Source of the DNA: Cenococcum geophilum
Lineage: Eukaryota
Length of the DNA stretch: 64,000 bases
Direction of reading: 5' to 3'
Assembly (NCBI GenBank): GCA_050273025.1
Contig: CP158635.1
Coordinates: forward strand, 19,034,001 to 19,098,000
Shown: positions 39,518 to 52,379 of the stretch, piece by piece
Position numbering within the stretch: position 1 is the stretch's first letter
Layout: each line of letters starts with the position of its first letter
Translations under genes and position numbers: made by a program
Notes under the pieces: generated by a model
The model's database searches: none
Told to the model about the DNA's origin: nothing
The model's input: the letters and a program-made list of their open reading frames with translations, nothing else

Positions 39518-39870
39518 TCATTTAAGTGAAAGCAAACCCGGGAAGCCTTTTTTTTTTAGGTCTCTGCACCCATTACTTCAAAGCAACCCTTGCAGCGCAT
39601 TCAAAGAGCTCTTGCACTCCAACATTAGTCTTCATCGAGGTTTCAAAGTTTACCATGGCGCCGATTCGTTTAGAAAACGCTTCGCCTTATTACACTCTAA
39701 TGATTGCATCGGTTTTGTATTTGAAGTAGACTCAGATCATGAATTCTCCTTGATTGCTTTTTTGTTGAACTTTGATAGCTCTGTTATTTGTTCCTACCCA
39801 TAGCGAAGCTCGCTCTCGCAGCCCACCAGAATCTTAGGGACTTAGCCGCAGTAAAGTAATTAACTTCGTC
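39518..39870 (-). pseudogene. Rho-family small GTPase pseudogene fragment (C-terminal half)
   Basis: Minus strand: VPKILVGCESELRYG*EQITELSKFNKKAI ... *GEAFSKRIGAMVNFETSMKTNVGVQELFECAARVALK*, resembling the Rho G4/G5 region. Contains in-frame stops. Confidence 0.7.
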
Positions 39871-40838
39871 TGTTCACTTTCAATACTATTAGCTCTGAAA
39901 TCACATGTCTACTCTGAGCGGGTCTCTCTAGCATCCAGTTACCACGGCGGCGGCATCGCGGAATTGCTTCAGCTGCATCCCTATCTTTTTCAAGGCGGCG
40001 TCAAAGAAGTGTCAAGAAATGGGAGTCCGGTGGGTGGAGCGTAGAATTTGCCTTGGATCAAACTGAGCGGAGACGGTTTCTCTTTTGGTTCACGCTTGAA
40101 GGAAGCAGTGTTAGCTTGTGAATCAACGAGACTCTTTCTAGCACCCGTGGAGGTTTTTGAAGCTCTCCGCTATGCGTTAACACCCAAGGGTGAGCAATTT
40201 CCCAGCACACAATGCCACGTAATTAAAGTTTCCGTTAGGATGAATTACTAGCATGAAAAGATGCCTCAGAGCTTGGGCTAGAGATACTGAATCAAAGCAT
40301 TGTTGATCGTAGAACCATGCATTCAGAAAGAAATGCCTGGACGCTATGAGCTATATTTCTATTGCATCTTAGTGCTAGGGGATTTACCTATCTAAACATG
40401 GGAGAGGTTGCAATATCGAGATCAAGCGTTAAGAGGATGAAGGTAAAAAACCATTTGAGTGTTTGAAGCTGCCAATGAATCGGTGTTAGAGATTTCGATG
40501 AGATCCACTGCCGGCCCAATCTCATTGGCTAGAATCCTCCGTTATATGCTTCTTTGACCAAATCGCAGTAATAAGAATGGGTGAACAGGCAAAAGTATAG
40601 CGGAATAGATAAGATGGTTGCACATTATCAGCATTGAATGGTTTCTTTTCCACAGTCTTCGGGCTAAACCGCTTCGGGCTCCTCGACGCCAAGTGCAACA
40701 TCCAACCTCATTCCAACGGACCTCCCCTCCACCATCAACTATCTATTTCGACCCAGGATTCCGCGACTCTACCCAAAAGGGGTTTGTCAACACTCTCTAC
40801 TCCACTTCCCTTTTCTCCCCTACCTACCGTTACCGCCA

Positions 40839-41383
40839 ATGCCTCTTCTACACCCTAGCCGCTGCGCCCAGCGCGTCACCGCCTCCTTCCCATCCCGTAC
40901 GTCCGCATCGACATCTCTTGCGTTCCGCCGGTCAATTTCGTCATCGCGATCGTTACGCTCGGCTTCAGGCTCGCACGAAGATCATTATGATCCCCCATCC
41001 GGATGGCTATGGGGCGTGCCGCCAGGCCAGAAATACCAGAAGGAGGGTTGGGAAAACATTTGGTTCTGGGGTTTCTGTGGAAGCTTAGGGCTTGGAGTTA
41101 TTGCATATGCTTATAAGCCAGACACAAGGTATGTCTAAATCTACTTCCCAGAAGGACATCGATTGGACAAGGCGAGCTACGATGCGGTCACAGCTAGTAT
41201 AATGTTAATAGGATCCTTTGCGGAGGCATTGCGTAGTCATTAAGAAAATTCAATCAGGCTGATAAAGCAAATAGCATACAAACATGGGCTCTTGAAGAAG
41301 CTCGAAGGCGATTGGAAGCCGAGGGAATACTTACGGATCCAGGGTTGACGAAGGGTGAAGTGAAGGCACAGAACACTGAGTAG
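40839..41383 (+). CDS. NDUFB11: NADH:ubiquinone oxidoreductase ESSS subunit (NDUFB11 homologue); exons 40839-41128, 41275-41383
   Basis: R/S-rich mitochondrial presequence, then YDPPSGWLWGVPPGQKYQKEGWE, a TM helix, and YKPDTSIQTWALEEARRRLE. Confidence 0.9.
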
Positions 41384-41977
41384 GTCCGAGTGGTCAACGA
41401 GCGACTGAATTCAGCGGATTGAAATTAGGAAATCCATTCTTGACCACCTTGGTCATTGTCCTTTACCAATGGTCATTTTGGACGAGGAATGGGCGGATTC
41501 ATTGTACATATAGTGGAGCGGACAAGCAAGATTTCCTTTGTACCTGATCATAGAGCGTGGATGGCAGTTCCGTCATCCATATTAAGCAATACCATCACTT
41601 TGCTTGTTGCTTCTTTCCACTCCCATTACATCATTGCGCATCTCCTAAGCCCTGAGCTCCATACGGTTTCGAGTTGCCTGTTCAGATATTGGTCAGTCTT
41701 ATATTCCTTAGTCTATATCGAAATTTACCTGTTTTGGTGGCGGTACATGTCCAGCTCCTCTCGAAATGCTTCAATCTACCAAGGAACCCGCGAAAATGAT
41801 AATTGCGCGAGTTAGGGTTCCACACAGCACATAGCGCGACAACTAACGTTAATGCGGTTCATGGAAGCCGATTCAGCGCCAGACCCGCTTCAGTCATTCA
41901 TGTATATTCGGCAACTGTCATCTCCAGACTCGCATGCTCGATCATGCAAAGCTGATTTAATGGGGAGTTGACTTACC

Positions 41978-42792
41978 GGCTTGGAAATTTCCGCTGAAGA
42001 GCGTTGGAACGTTCCCACCAAGGCTGCCTTCGGCTTTGGCAATGTCTTTACCCTCAATCCAGTCCATCCAAGCATTAACATGGTAGTGGTCGTACACAAT
42101 GTTATCTTCGACAGTTGGTCCGGCGGAGGTGATTTCGGGGAAGTAACCCTCAGAAAGACCTTTACCGATTGGGCCTCATCAAATCATATGCCGGGTGCTT
42201 GTCGGTGTATGCAGTCTTGTACCCAGCGCCCACTACTACTTCAAAGGCGGTATTGACGCCGGTACGCATGTGCGGATAGATGTTTGTACACTGGCCATTA
42301 ATGATAGCTTGAGATAGATTTGCCGGGTTGATCCCGCCAGAGAAGAGCTCCGTGCTATTGTAATCGATACTCTCGTCGTATACAACTGTGAAAGGCATTA
42401 GAGATTGGTTGGCCAAGCTACTAGCTCCATATACCTTCGGCGCCAGGAGCTCCTTCGCATCCGCTGCTGGGAGCATAGAAGGTCCTGTCATAAGTGTCGT
42501 CGTACCAGACTCCAGTAGTGTGGGGATTGGCACCAGTATATTGCGCTAGAGACCCCGGATATGAGTCTGAAGGGCCAGTAGTCTAGGCATCAGTGTACCT
42601 ATATCCGGTCTTCAGCAATGCAGATATGTTAGAAGGTCCGCGAGCGAGCCACTTGTCCGGATCGCTGTTGTGCAGCCCATCCACGCTGAAAACAACTACA
42701 TATTTGGATTTGCAGCCTTCGTCGTCATCGCGCCGAGTGGCGACCTGGTTGGTGAGTGCAAGGGAGAAAAGAATGGAATTGAAGCCCCGCAT
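41978..42792 (-). pseudogene. Secreted type I phosphodiesterase / nucleotide pyrophosphatase (alkaline phosphatase superfamily) pseudogene
   Basis: Signal peptide, VVVFSVDGLH, in-frame TAG (42583-42585), TTGPSDSYPG...TGVWYDDTYDR, an intron, TAYTDKHPAYD, a frameshift near 42170, then GKGLSEGYFPEI...VPTLFSGNFQA. Remainder not found. Confidence 0.8.
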
Positions 42793-43694
42793 GGTGCTAA
42801 TTGTATCAAGCAAGCGATGTCTAGGTGTAACTATAGTTGTGTTTTACAACTATGTCCTAAAGCACCCTTCATATACACACCGGCTGTCATAGCTCCCAAG
42901 CTTTCTCAAGCTGTTCCCGGCCCATGGTCCAGGCACAAGGAACCGGTGACGTTCTACATATCTCGTTACCTGCCTTCTTAAGGTACTTAATTAAAGCCTA
43001 GAAGAATTGGCCAACAGGAGTAGCCGAGTTTGACATTGCTGCCCCACGATTGCATACTGATGGCTAGCTTGTTTCCCCATCTCGTTCTTCCTGGTTTATA
43101 GTATCCCTGCACAGTACGCTCCCTAGCGCCCCGTGCAGTTTTAAGGCGCACATAAAACGCAGTGTCCTAATAATAAAATTTTAACCCATCCTAGAGATCT
43201 TCAAGGGTTGATAAACAATCCTGTCCTTATCCACTAAACGACCTGGAAAATGCTTTAGCATATCCACATTTCCGCACGGAAAACTTTTCCTGAATATCTT
43301 TTGGGCACTCTTCCTTTGCACTTAGCCATCCTCGACGTCGCCACTGATGCGGCTTCTCTAGGCTCACCTCTTGTATTTTCTTTCGCATGAGTATCTGATA
43401 AAAGCACCAGCGAGCTGTCTGGGGACATAGTGTAGAATCAGAAGACCAGGTTGAAGATCCGCGGAGGAATCCGCGGGTTTCCGTGGTCTGGGTTTAAGTT
43501 ATGTCAGAACCCTGACTCGCAAGTATGCCTGATTATTCGCGGTTTGTGACGATTAATACTGAACAACATCAACTTCGCCTACGAAATGATTTTCCATCAC
43601 ACCAAACACGAAAAGATTCCTACGCCCAAGATCCAAAGTTGGCCGTGGTCTAACTATTACTCAACTCAGTGCCTTAAGCTGAACCACCAGGTGC

Positions 43695-45901
43695 ATGATG
43701 GCGGAGTCCGACATCGGTAGTTCTTTCATTCCCTCACTTTACAAACCTTCTTCGCTATTGCCTATAGCTCGTCATCGTGATACCATGCTCTATGTAATTG
43801 AGACATTCCCGATCACCATTATTACTGGCCAAACAGGCAGTGGCAAAACAACCCAAATCCCTCAGTTTCTAGACCAAGCAGGGTGGTGTGCCGAGGGAAA
43901 AACAATTGCGATTACGCAGGTAGGTCAGTCAAGACTGTCATTCCAGCTGTCTGGGGAGCAATATGGTTGGTCTAACTTGATATTAGCCACGCAGAGTGGC
44001 TGCTACGACGGTGGCAGCAAGAGTTGCGGAAGAGATGAGATGTAATTTAGGCCAAGAGGTCAAGTCTCATCACAAACTCATCACTGCAACAAGCATTTTG
44101 ACTTTGCATAGGTTGGCTATTCTATCAGATTTGAGGACATGACATCTTCAGCAACACGTATAAAATTCTTGACCGATGGTCTACTTCTCAGGGAGGCGCT
44201 GGTTGACCCTCTACTGTCACGGTACTCGGTAATCATGGTTGACGAAGCCCATGAACGTTCATTGAGCTCCGACATCCTACTAGGCTTACTCAAGAAGATA
44301 ATGAAGAGACGTCCCGAACTACGGATTGTTGTGAGCAGCGCCACTTTGGATGCTGAAAATTTCCTACAATTCTTTGCTGGCGACTCCATCGTAGAGAATG
44401 GGAATGGGAGTGGTGAACTTGGAGGAAGTGTTGGCCGAATCATCAGCCTTGAGGGTAGGATGTATCCTGTCGATATCCACTATCTGGAAGAGCCAGCAGA
44501 GGACTATGTGGAGAGAGCTATCAAGACTGTGTTTGATATTCACGCTAAGGAAGCCGAAGGGGATATACTGATCTTCCTCACTGGCCGGGAAGAGATTGAC
44601 GCTACAATTGAAATAATAGCAGATCGCATAGGCTCTTTAAACCCTAAGGGTCCATCGCTTCTCCCGCTACCTTTATACGCTGGGCTCTCCACGGACGAGC
44701 AAATGTATGTCTTTGAACCAGCACCAGAAGATACACGCAAGGTCATTATCGCTACTAACATAGCCGAGGCTTCCGTCACAATAGATGGGATAGTCTATGT
44801 CATCGACTGCGGCTTCGTCAAGCTCCGCGCTTACAACCCTACCACTGGCATTGAGACCTTGACTGCAGTTCCAGTCTCCAAAGCCTCTGCCACTCAACGC
44901 GCTGGCCGTGCAGGGCGTACCAACCCTGGAAAATGCTACCGGTTATACACAGAGCAAAATTATGCTAACCTTGAAGAATCTACCGTTCCTGAAATTCAGC
45001 GATCAAACCTCGCCCCTGTGATTCTCCAGCTCAAGGCCTTAGGTATCGACAACATAGCTCGCTTCGACTATCTCACCCCTCCCCCAGCTGAACTTGTCAT
45101 TCGGGCACTTGAACTCCTTTACTCTCTCGGCGCACTTGACAACTACGCGAAGCTTACCCAACCTCTCGGCACGCGGATGGCCGAACTAGCGGTTGAACCA
45201 ATGATGGGCAAGGTGCTACTTTCTGCAGCAACCTTTGACTGTCTCAGCGAAATATTATCCATTGCAGCGATGACCAGTCTTCAGGGTGCGGTATGGTTCT
45301 CCCATGAAGGCGAGAAAAAAGCGCAAGAGTCTGCTCGCAGGAAATTCGCAGCAGAAGAGGGCGATCATCTGACGCTGCTGAACGTATATCAAGCATTCGT
45401 CACTAAGGGTAAGAAGGAGGCGAAGTGGTGCCGGGACAATTACTTGAACTTCAGGTCGATGTCGAGGTCGGTGAGTATCAGAAATCAGCTGAAGAGATAT
45501 TTAGAGCGCTTTGGCAATAATGTGGATGAAAGCCTCGGGCGAGATTCGGCTGTCTTACGTGCTGGTGGTGTCGACAAGGCGGAAAAGATTCGAAGATGTC
45601 TGACGTCGGGATTTTTCGCGCACGCAGCCAGGATGCAGCCGGATGGAAGTTTTAGGACTGTCGATGGAGGTACGGTGTTGTATGCTCATCCAAGCTCATT
45701 GCTATTTGTAAGTTTCTAGGGTCGCGATAAGATTTCTGTGTTCAACATTAATGAATATTATAGAATAGAAAAGCAGATTGGGTTATCTTCCACGAAATTA
45801 TGGAAACAGGAAATAAGACATTCATCAGGGACATTACCAAGATTGAGAAGGCATGGCTAACTGAATATGCACCAGAGTACTACCAAGTAACACAGAAGTA
45901 A
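43695..45901 (+). CDS. DHX35: DEAH-box RNA helicase, DHX35-like; exons 43695-43919, 43987-44058, 44112-45707, 45764-45901
   Basis: GQTGSGKTTQ, TQPRRVAA, DEAH, SAT, TNIAEAS and QRAGRAGR motifs; very short N-terminus as in DHX35. Confidence 0.9.
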
Positions 45902-45997
45902 CAATACTATTCAACCGCCACAAGAATCGCTTTGAATTTCAGTGAAATGCAAACATAAAATTGAAACCTAACCTCGTGTCAACCGCCCAAGAACCAA

Positions 45998-46847
45998 TCA
46001 CTTCAATGCCTCCACAAAGAGTTCCCTCATTCCCTTAAGGAAACCTGCCAGGTCTCGTGTCTCATTTAGCCTATCCAGTACCCTCTCTACCTCCTCTCTC
46101 TCCACCTTAGGGCGAAATTCGCCTACTCTGTATTCCCTCTCACTTGTATCAAGCTCGAACCATGCTTCCCAGTCCCACTCTCTCTCGCTCACATTCGTAT
46201 AAATAAACTTCAGTCGATCCTGCTGACCTACCCCTTCAATCCTCAAACTTAAGTAACTTTCCCAGAAGTCCAATTCCGGTTCATTGTACCTGGCCTGTCC
46301 GTCGAGGTAGCGGCGGTGCTTAAGCTGCGCTTCGCGGCGCGCAGAGACAGCCTTCTGCACTTCAGATATTTGTGCCTTGAGAGCATCGCGGTTGGAGAGG
46401 CGTTCATCGCGTTGTGAGGTAAGGGCTGCGATTGCGGAGTGCATTTCTGCAGTTTCTGCGGACTCTTTGGCCAGTGTTTGCGCATGCGTAGTAGATTTAA
46501 GAGTTAGGATTTCTATATTACGCTTCTTCATGCGCTGGTCCTCTGTCAAAATGTGTCAATGATTTATTGTTATCACCTGATCCTCCGAATAGGAACCTAT
46601 TAGCAGATATATGCGCACCTTGCAGTTCAGCCACGTTCATCCTAAACTGGTTGCGCTCTTCTAGGACGCGCTTGCGCCCTTTTTCAATGAAGTCATCAAA
46701 TCGCGCGGTGAAGCGTGCCATGCGATCGCGAAGGTCCTCGAAACCGAAGTTAATGCTGGGAAGGGTATCGGCCATTGAGGGCACGTCGGCGGAGAGGGGT
46801 GGACGCATCGCGCTGGTTGACAGTGAGGGTTCGAACATTGTGGCCAT
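45998..46847 (-). CDS. SPC25: Kinetochore Ndc80-complex subunit Spc25; exons 46847-46619, 46542-45998
   Basis: LPSINFGFEDLRDRMARFT, a coiled coil, then NEPELDFWESYLSLRIEG...LKFIYT...RDLAGFLKGMRELF (RWD-like). Confidence 0.88.
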
Positions 46848-47188
46848 GATGGTAAATAGTGCGGAGTGGTTTGAGACAGGTTTTCTGTGGCGACTGCAAT
46901 GAGAACCGTTGATCTCGATGTCGTGTGAATTGGTGTTCTGCGGAGGAGCGATTCAGGATCCAGACTTGTTGTTGACATTTCGGTTGTCAGGAGTATCAAT
47001 ATCGGAGCTTGCTGCGAAAAGCCGACGGTCACGTGAATGTTTATCAAGATTTCGCCTAGAGATTTCAAACTTCCATACTTTCACGCTCCCAATTCTGGAA
47101 TACGCTGGACTTACATATTGGTTGGATCTTCTCATTATGCTTTGTAACTTGTCTATTATTGTACAAAAAACCCTTGAATTGAAACCGA

Positions 47189-50100
47189 ATGGCTGAATCT
47201 TTGGCGAATGACCTCAACCTTGGTCATTTTGGAGAAGCAGTCTATCACCCTGAATCCCAGCAATGGTTGTTTAACAGGAAGCCTGGAAGGCGCCGTGTCT
47301 TACAAGTTTTAGGGCCTTTGAAAGCATCTATTCCGCCCTCTATTCACTGTGGAGATCCACCGTCCCTGGATACCAGCCGCCCCACTCGTGTCCTCCAAAC
47401 CAAAACCCAAAGCCTCGTTCGCAGCAATCCAGAAGTAGTACCTGCGTTTGAGCTCCTCACACCTCTCGCGAGGACATCTACCGCTATCACTTCTATAGTC
47501 TCGAATTATGACCCCGCCAAAGGAGACCTCTTAGCTTTCGGAAGAGCAGCCGATGTCGATATTAAGCGGGGAAAAGGAAGGGTTCGGATCGCAGCCATAC
47601 CGGCAGGAGAGGCAGGGGAAGTTCTTCGTCTAGTACAGATCCGTGAAGAGCGGCAGGGTTGGGGGGAAGATAAAAGTATTTGGCTTGAAGTTCCTACTTT
47701 GGACGGTGAGAGTGGATGGTGGGGTGGAGAGGGCGCACCAATACGGCAGCTCTGCTTCGCACATTCTGACGATCGAGCTACGTTTCTCGCAGTCCGGCTG
47801 CCCACAAAGACAGTCATATTTCGTCCTCTTTATCATAGCTCTTCAGTAGCACCAAAAAGTCTCCCTCCGTACCAATTTCTACCTTCAAGGCTGAATCCGT
47901 ACCCCGCCCTGCCCATATCCATCGATCAAACTGGAGGCGTACCCCACGCTGACGTAGCTTTCAACCCCTGGTACCAGCGTCAAGTTGCGTTCGTAGATCA
48001 GGAGGGGGCGTGGAGCGTGTGGGATATAGCAGGACAGCAGAGGAAGAGGCTTGACTACACTGCGGAATGCTTCAAAACGGGGACTCTTGTCCCATTAAAA
48101 ATAGAGCCTGAAGACGATATTCCCGAAGAGACTCCTGCTCGTGAAGATGGATGGGCAAGGATACTCTGGGTTGGTGATGTCAATACTATTGTAGCCTGTA
48201 ACCGGAGGCAACTGGCGTTATTCGATCTCAGGGGGGATATTGGAGGAACTACGCAGCTGAAATGTCCAGTTCTTGATATGCCGCGTACAGCCAACTGGAT
48301 CTTGGATATGAAAAGAAGCCCGCAGAATCAGCACCAGTTCTTTGTCTTAACATCCTCACATATTTTTTTACTGGAGGTTCAATGCCTCGACGACAGTGGT
48401 AGTGGCGGTGAACAGGGAGCAGGGGCTAACGTCATGCTATCTTGGAGACACTTCCGTGGAATTGAGGACATTACACTTCAACTTGCTATAGCCAGGGAAG
48501 ATGAAGAGGGTAATATACAGATCTGTCTACGCAAATTCAACGCTAACAACCGGCCTCACAGAGACTCTAGTTATGCTTTACTCGAAGCTGAACGCATTAA
48601 TCACTACATTTCGATATTCTCAATCTACGGAGGAGCCATCATTACCGACTTCGATTTCAGATCCCACCGAGCTAAGACTTCCTGACAGCTTATTTAATGC
48701 GACTAAAACTCGAGCAATCATATCAGCCATATCGCTAGAACGAATACGATTCGAGAACGATTATCGATTTCAAGGCAACGGACCTGGGCCTGGATCTGGT
48801 TATATGAATAACAATGTTCGGTTTTACGGCTTAACAATTGCTCTAGGCAACCTCAGCACACACGAGGCCCTTATTTACTCACTAAATCCCGAACTAGAAG
48901 CTCAAAGAGACTCTTCGAATGATCAAGTCACCATAGAAATCCCCTCTTGGCATAAGAAAAGTTCCAAGGCTCAACATACTTATCGCAGTACTACGAAGGT
49001 TGCTGATACTGGATTCATTGTGCCTGACGGTACTGTCGACGAGCCAGGCAATGATTCCCTCAGAGCACGACTGCTGCTAAGACCACCACAATATTTTAAG
49101 GCACCGTCTTCAATATCCAAAATGAGAGGGAATGGGGACAACGACCCCTGGACGGTGGACAATGAATTCAGCTATCAGGAAATCACCGGACCAGGTGCGG
49201 ACGAAGATGCGGACCAGGAAAAGCCAGAGGAAGTGGTTTCAGTCTGCGAGCGGATCAATACTAAGCTTAACGAAGCTGCAATTCGAGAAGAGCCATTGGG
49301 TACGCTGTAAGTGATAACACGGTCTACCTATTAATATGCTCTAAAATATACTAGATTCGACTTTGCTCGCTCTCCAATAAAGGTCGCAGATATTGATGAG
49401 GCCTCATTAATGTTACAGGAGTTACTGCGAGAATCCCCACGAGCGCTTGATGTTGATACACCGTCGTTTGAAATTAAGAAGATAGCTTCTACGTCTTATT
49501 TCCAGCTGATCGGCTTTGAAAAGAATGATCTCTTTATAGCGACAGTCTTTGAGGATATTCTCCGTACTTCAATTGCTCCCTTACCCCGCAACATTCCAAG
49601 AGAGATGCGGAAAGCAGAGGAGAAGCTTGCGCGTCGAATTGCTGCTGAATCACTCCTTGCAAGCCTTCGAGTTCGGTTTCACGAAATAGACACGCGCACT
49701 GTATCAGCAGAGACGCAAACAGAATCTAGGCAAAGCAGCATTATTGCTCTGCCAGTGCGACCTTCACGAAAAGGCAAGGAAAAGGAATCCTCTGTCTTCT
49801 CTGAGCCCTCATCTCGGCATTATTCCATTAGCTCTCAACCCGTCGCCTCCCTACCAACTCCGGAAACAACACCCTCTCTCATCTCAGGTTCTTTCACGTC
49901 ATCGTCGTCTGACCTTAGCGACGGCCCTATCAATCGGTTAAAACAACACATCCGCATAAGCAGGCCTACCGGGCCACGGCATCATGTAGGTCACCAACTC
50001 CTCATGCACTGGCAGCGCCACTTGAACCAGGATCCCGAGACATATGATTGGGAGGCCACCACGCGAGCCATCCAGGAGGCATCTGAAGTTGAAGGAGATG

Positions 50101-50396
50101 GCCTATCTACTTCACGGCGTGCGAGGCTACAGAGGCGTGCGGAACGCCACCTTAAGCGACAGCGGCGCGAGACTGCTGCTGCTGCCGCTGCGGCATCTGC
50201 ATCTCAGCCACTGCTAGCGACAGAGTTAGCTCAATTTAGGAGCTCACCTGGGCCAGCGATACCGGGAGCTGGAAGCAGTCAATCGGGGGTGGGAAGTTCG
50301 CAGATGGTAATAGCGAGCCAGTTAGAAAGAGGCGCATTTGGAGGGAGACCAGTAGCCAAGAAGGCCAAGAAGACTAAAATGCCTGGCTTCAGATAA
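47189..50396 (+). CDS. RRN6: RNA polymerase I core-factor subunit Rrn6-like; exons 47189-48509, 48562-49306, 49355-50396
   Basis: N-terminal LGHFGEAVY, beta-propeller motifs (TGGVPHADVAFNPWYQRQVAFVDQEGAWSVWDI), and C-terminal SQ.ERGAFGGR...KK..MPGF typical of Pezizomycotina Rrn6-like proteins. Confidence 0.8.
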
Positions 50397-50863
50397 CATA
50401 GGTTAGGCCTTACTTTACAAACTCGTTAAACAAACATTTTCTTAGGTAGCCGCTCTTGTATCTAGTCTGAATAATTTAGAGATATCACATGCAACATCAT
50501 AGCGCAAATTCCTTCAACCAGCCAGCTTTAAACAGTGAGCTCAACTGATAACTAGCGCTTACCAGCATTCAGTAAGCATACTTAATTTAGCTCCTATCGA
50601 AAAAGGCCGTAATACCCAGTCAATAATGACTTTCTTAGCGCCGAATTCATCTTTCGATAATTAAGGCGGGTCGAAGTGGGGCCTTGACACGTTTCTGCGG
50701 GGTAGGTTTCCACATCCTTCGCGCTGCAGACGTTGAAAAAACTAAATATATATAGGCCATCACCAACATTCTAACTGTAGATAGGGATTATTTCGCGCCA
50801 CTCGTAGCTCTACAGTTGGGATTAATAAATTTTCTGAATTTAACTTTTGTTCCTGCAGCCACA

Positions 50864-52068
50864 ATGTCTGACTTCCCGTCCCTACAACCGGCTATGACGG
50901 TTAGGGTATGCATTATCGATATGGCGTTTTAGAGGGCGCGCAGGCTGATTAAGGTTTTAAACAGGTGGTGGCTGATTCCCCTATGCAAATTGGTACGGCC
51001 TGGCTATTGCAGTCCTTCAAATTGATTCAGTCAGGCATCAGGATGTGAGCTGATATGAAGGTTGTAAAGGCGGAGCAACCGGCACACCATTGGCCATTGT
51101 CGTAAGTTTTCTCATCTGTAGTTTTGCTTTATCTCTTATTTCTTTACTACCTAATCTTCTTTGATATCATTTCTACGTAGGAATTTTCGGAGTAATGGCA
51201 TGAACGCAATCAATAGAATAACGAACAGCTTCCGAGAACAAAAAGGAAATTTCTCGTATGTTGTTAGCTGACGTTAGAATTTTCATTTAGCCCATGACCA
51301 GCGGTACCATCAAGACCGAGCCAGGATTCGCGCCAGCACTGGATGCCGAACTGTGAGTATCATCGTCGACATTGGGAGCCCTATAGCGCTAAAGGAAGGT
51401 AGACATGGCGTTGGCTACGATTATATACACAATGACTCTAGCGGCGAGAACATGAGATTGGATGTTCGAGCGCAGGTCAAGTAAGTAAACCATTATACTC
51501 GTTACTTAGCTTCAACCTTCCCCGGAAGGATTTTTGGGCACTCGCCGCAAAAATTCCAAGAACTCACTAAATTTCCCCAGGAACAATGACGGCACCGTAA
51601 GCCTAATTCGCTTCGCAATCTTTTAAGGCACTTGCTCAGATACCCCCCAGCTGCTCGCCATGTACTATAAGGGTACCGTTGCCCTGACCGACGGCGTCAA
51701 AGCCCTTCTCACTGGCGACCCTAACGCTGGAACCACACCTTATGGGGATTCCTGTGAGTTGAGAAACCCAGCAAGTTGGGATTCTACTATTGGAAAAGCA
51801 TTCGACTAACCTTGATACTAATTTTCAGTCACAACTTTCAACTTCGAGGTCAGCCTTATTCCCTTCACTACGCTCTAGCAGCAAGGAAGTGGAGTAAAAG
51901 TGGGACGAGCCTGCTATTGATACGAAAATTAATATATGCTAGACCGGTAATCCTGCTTACAAAGCCCTCGAGAACGGCACCTACGTTTCTGCAGGCCATT
52001 TCATCAAGGAGCCGGGACAGGAGGGAATTATCGTTGAGTACAAGGTGAGCAAAGTTATCAAGGGATGA
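50864..52068 (+). CDS. DUF3237/UPF0311-like protein, 168 aa, 9 exons (50864-50905, 50965-50992, 51070-51101, 51291-51352, 51403-51480, 51581-51596, 51651-51753, 51829-51848, 51943-52068)
   Basis: Not in the ORF track. Spliced product MSDFPSLQPAMTVR...GYDYIHND...MRLDVRAQVKNNDGTLLAMYYKG...FNFETGNPAYKALENGTYVSAGHF...VEYKVSKV. All introns GT-AG and frame-consistent. Confidence 0.85.
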
Positions 52069-52379
52069 GGGTTTTCATCGGAGACTTCTAGTCATCCTGC
52101 ATATGTAGAAGTCTCCGCCAGGCCGTGCACGCTGCCAAGGCATGCACGGTCCAACCCCACCAAATCGGATTCAAAATTGAGGTTATTCACAGCCGTACAA
52201 ATGGTCAAATTGATCAAAATGCTGGTGTATAAGGCTTTAAAGATTGCTGAATCAGCTTATACCTCGCGGAATTAGTCTGCATGGACCTTAATTGGGACCG
52301 CATCAGACGTTAATCAATAGTGGTTAAGTTTCCTTATGATAAATAGTAACAATTTTAACCTCTTCTGTAGCCAATATTA

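Noticed and set aside
39393..39803. 136-aa plus-strand ORF
   Set aside because: Antisense shadow of the Rho-like pseudogene; no recognisable features.
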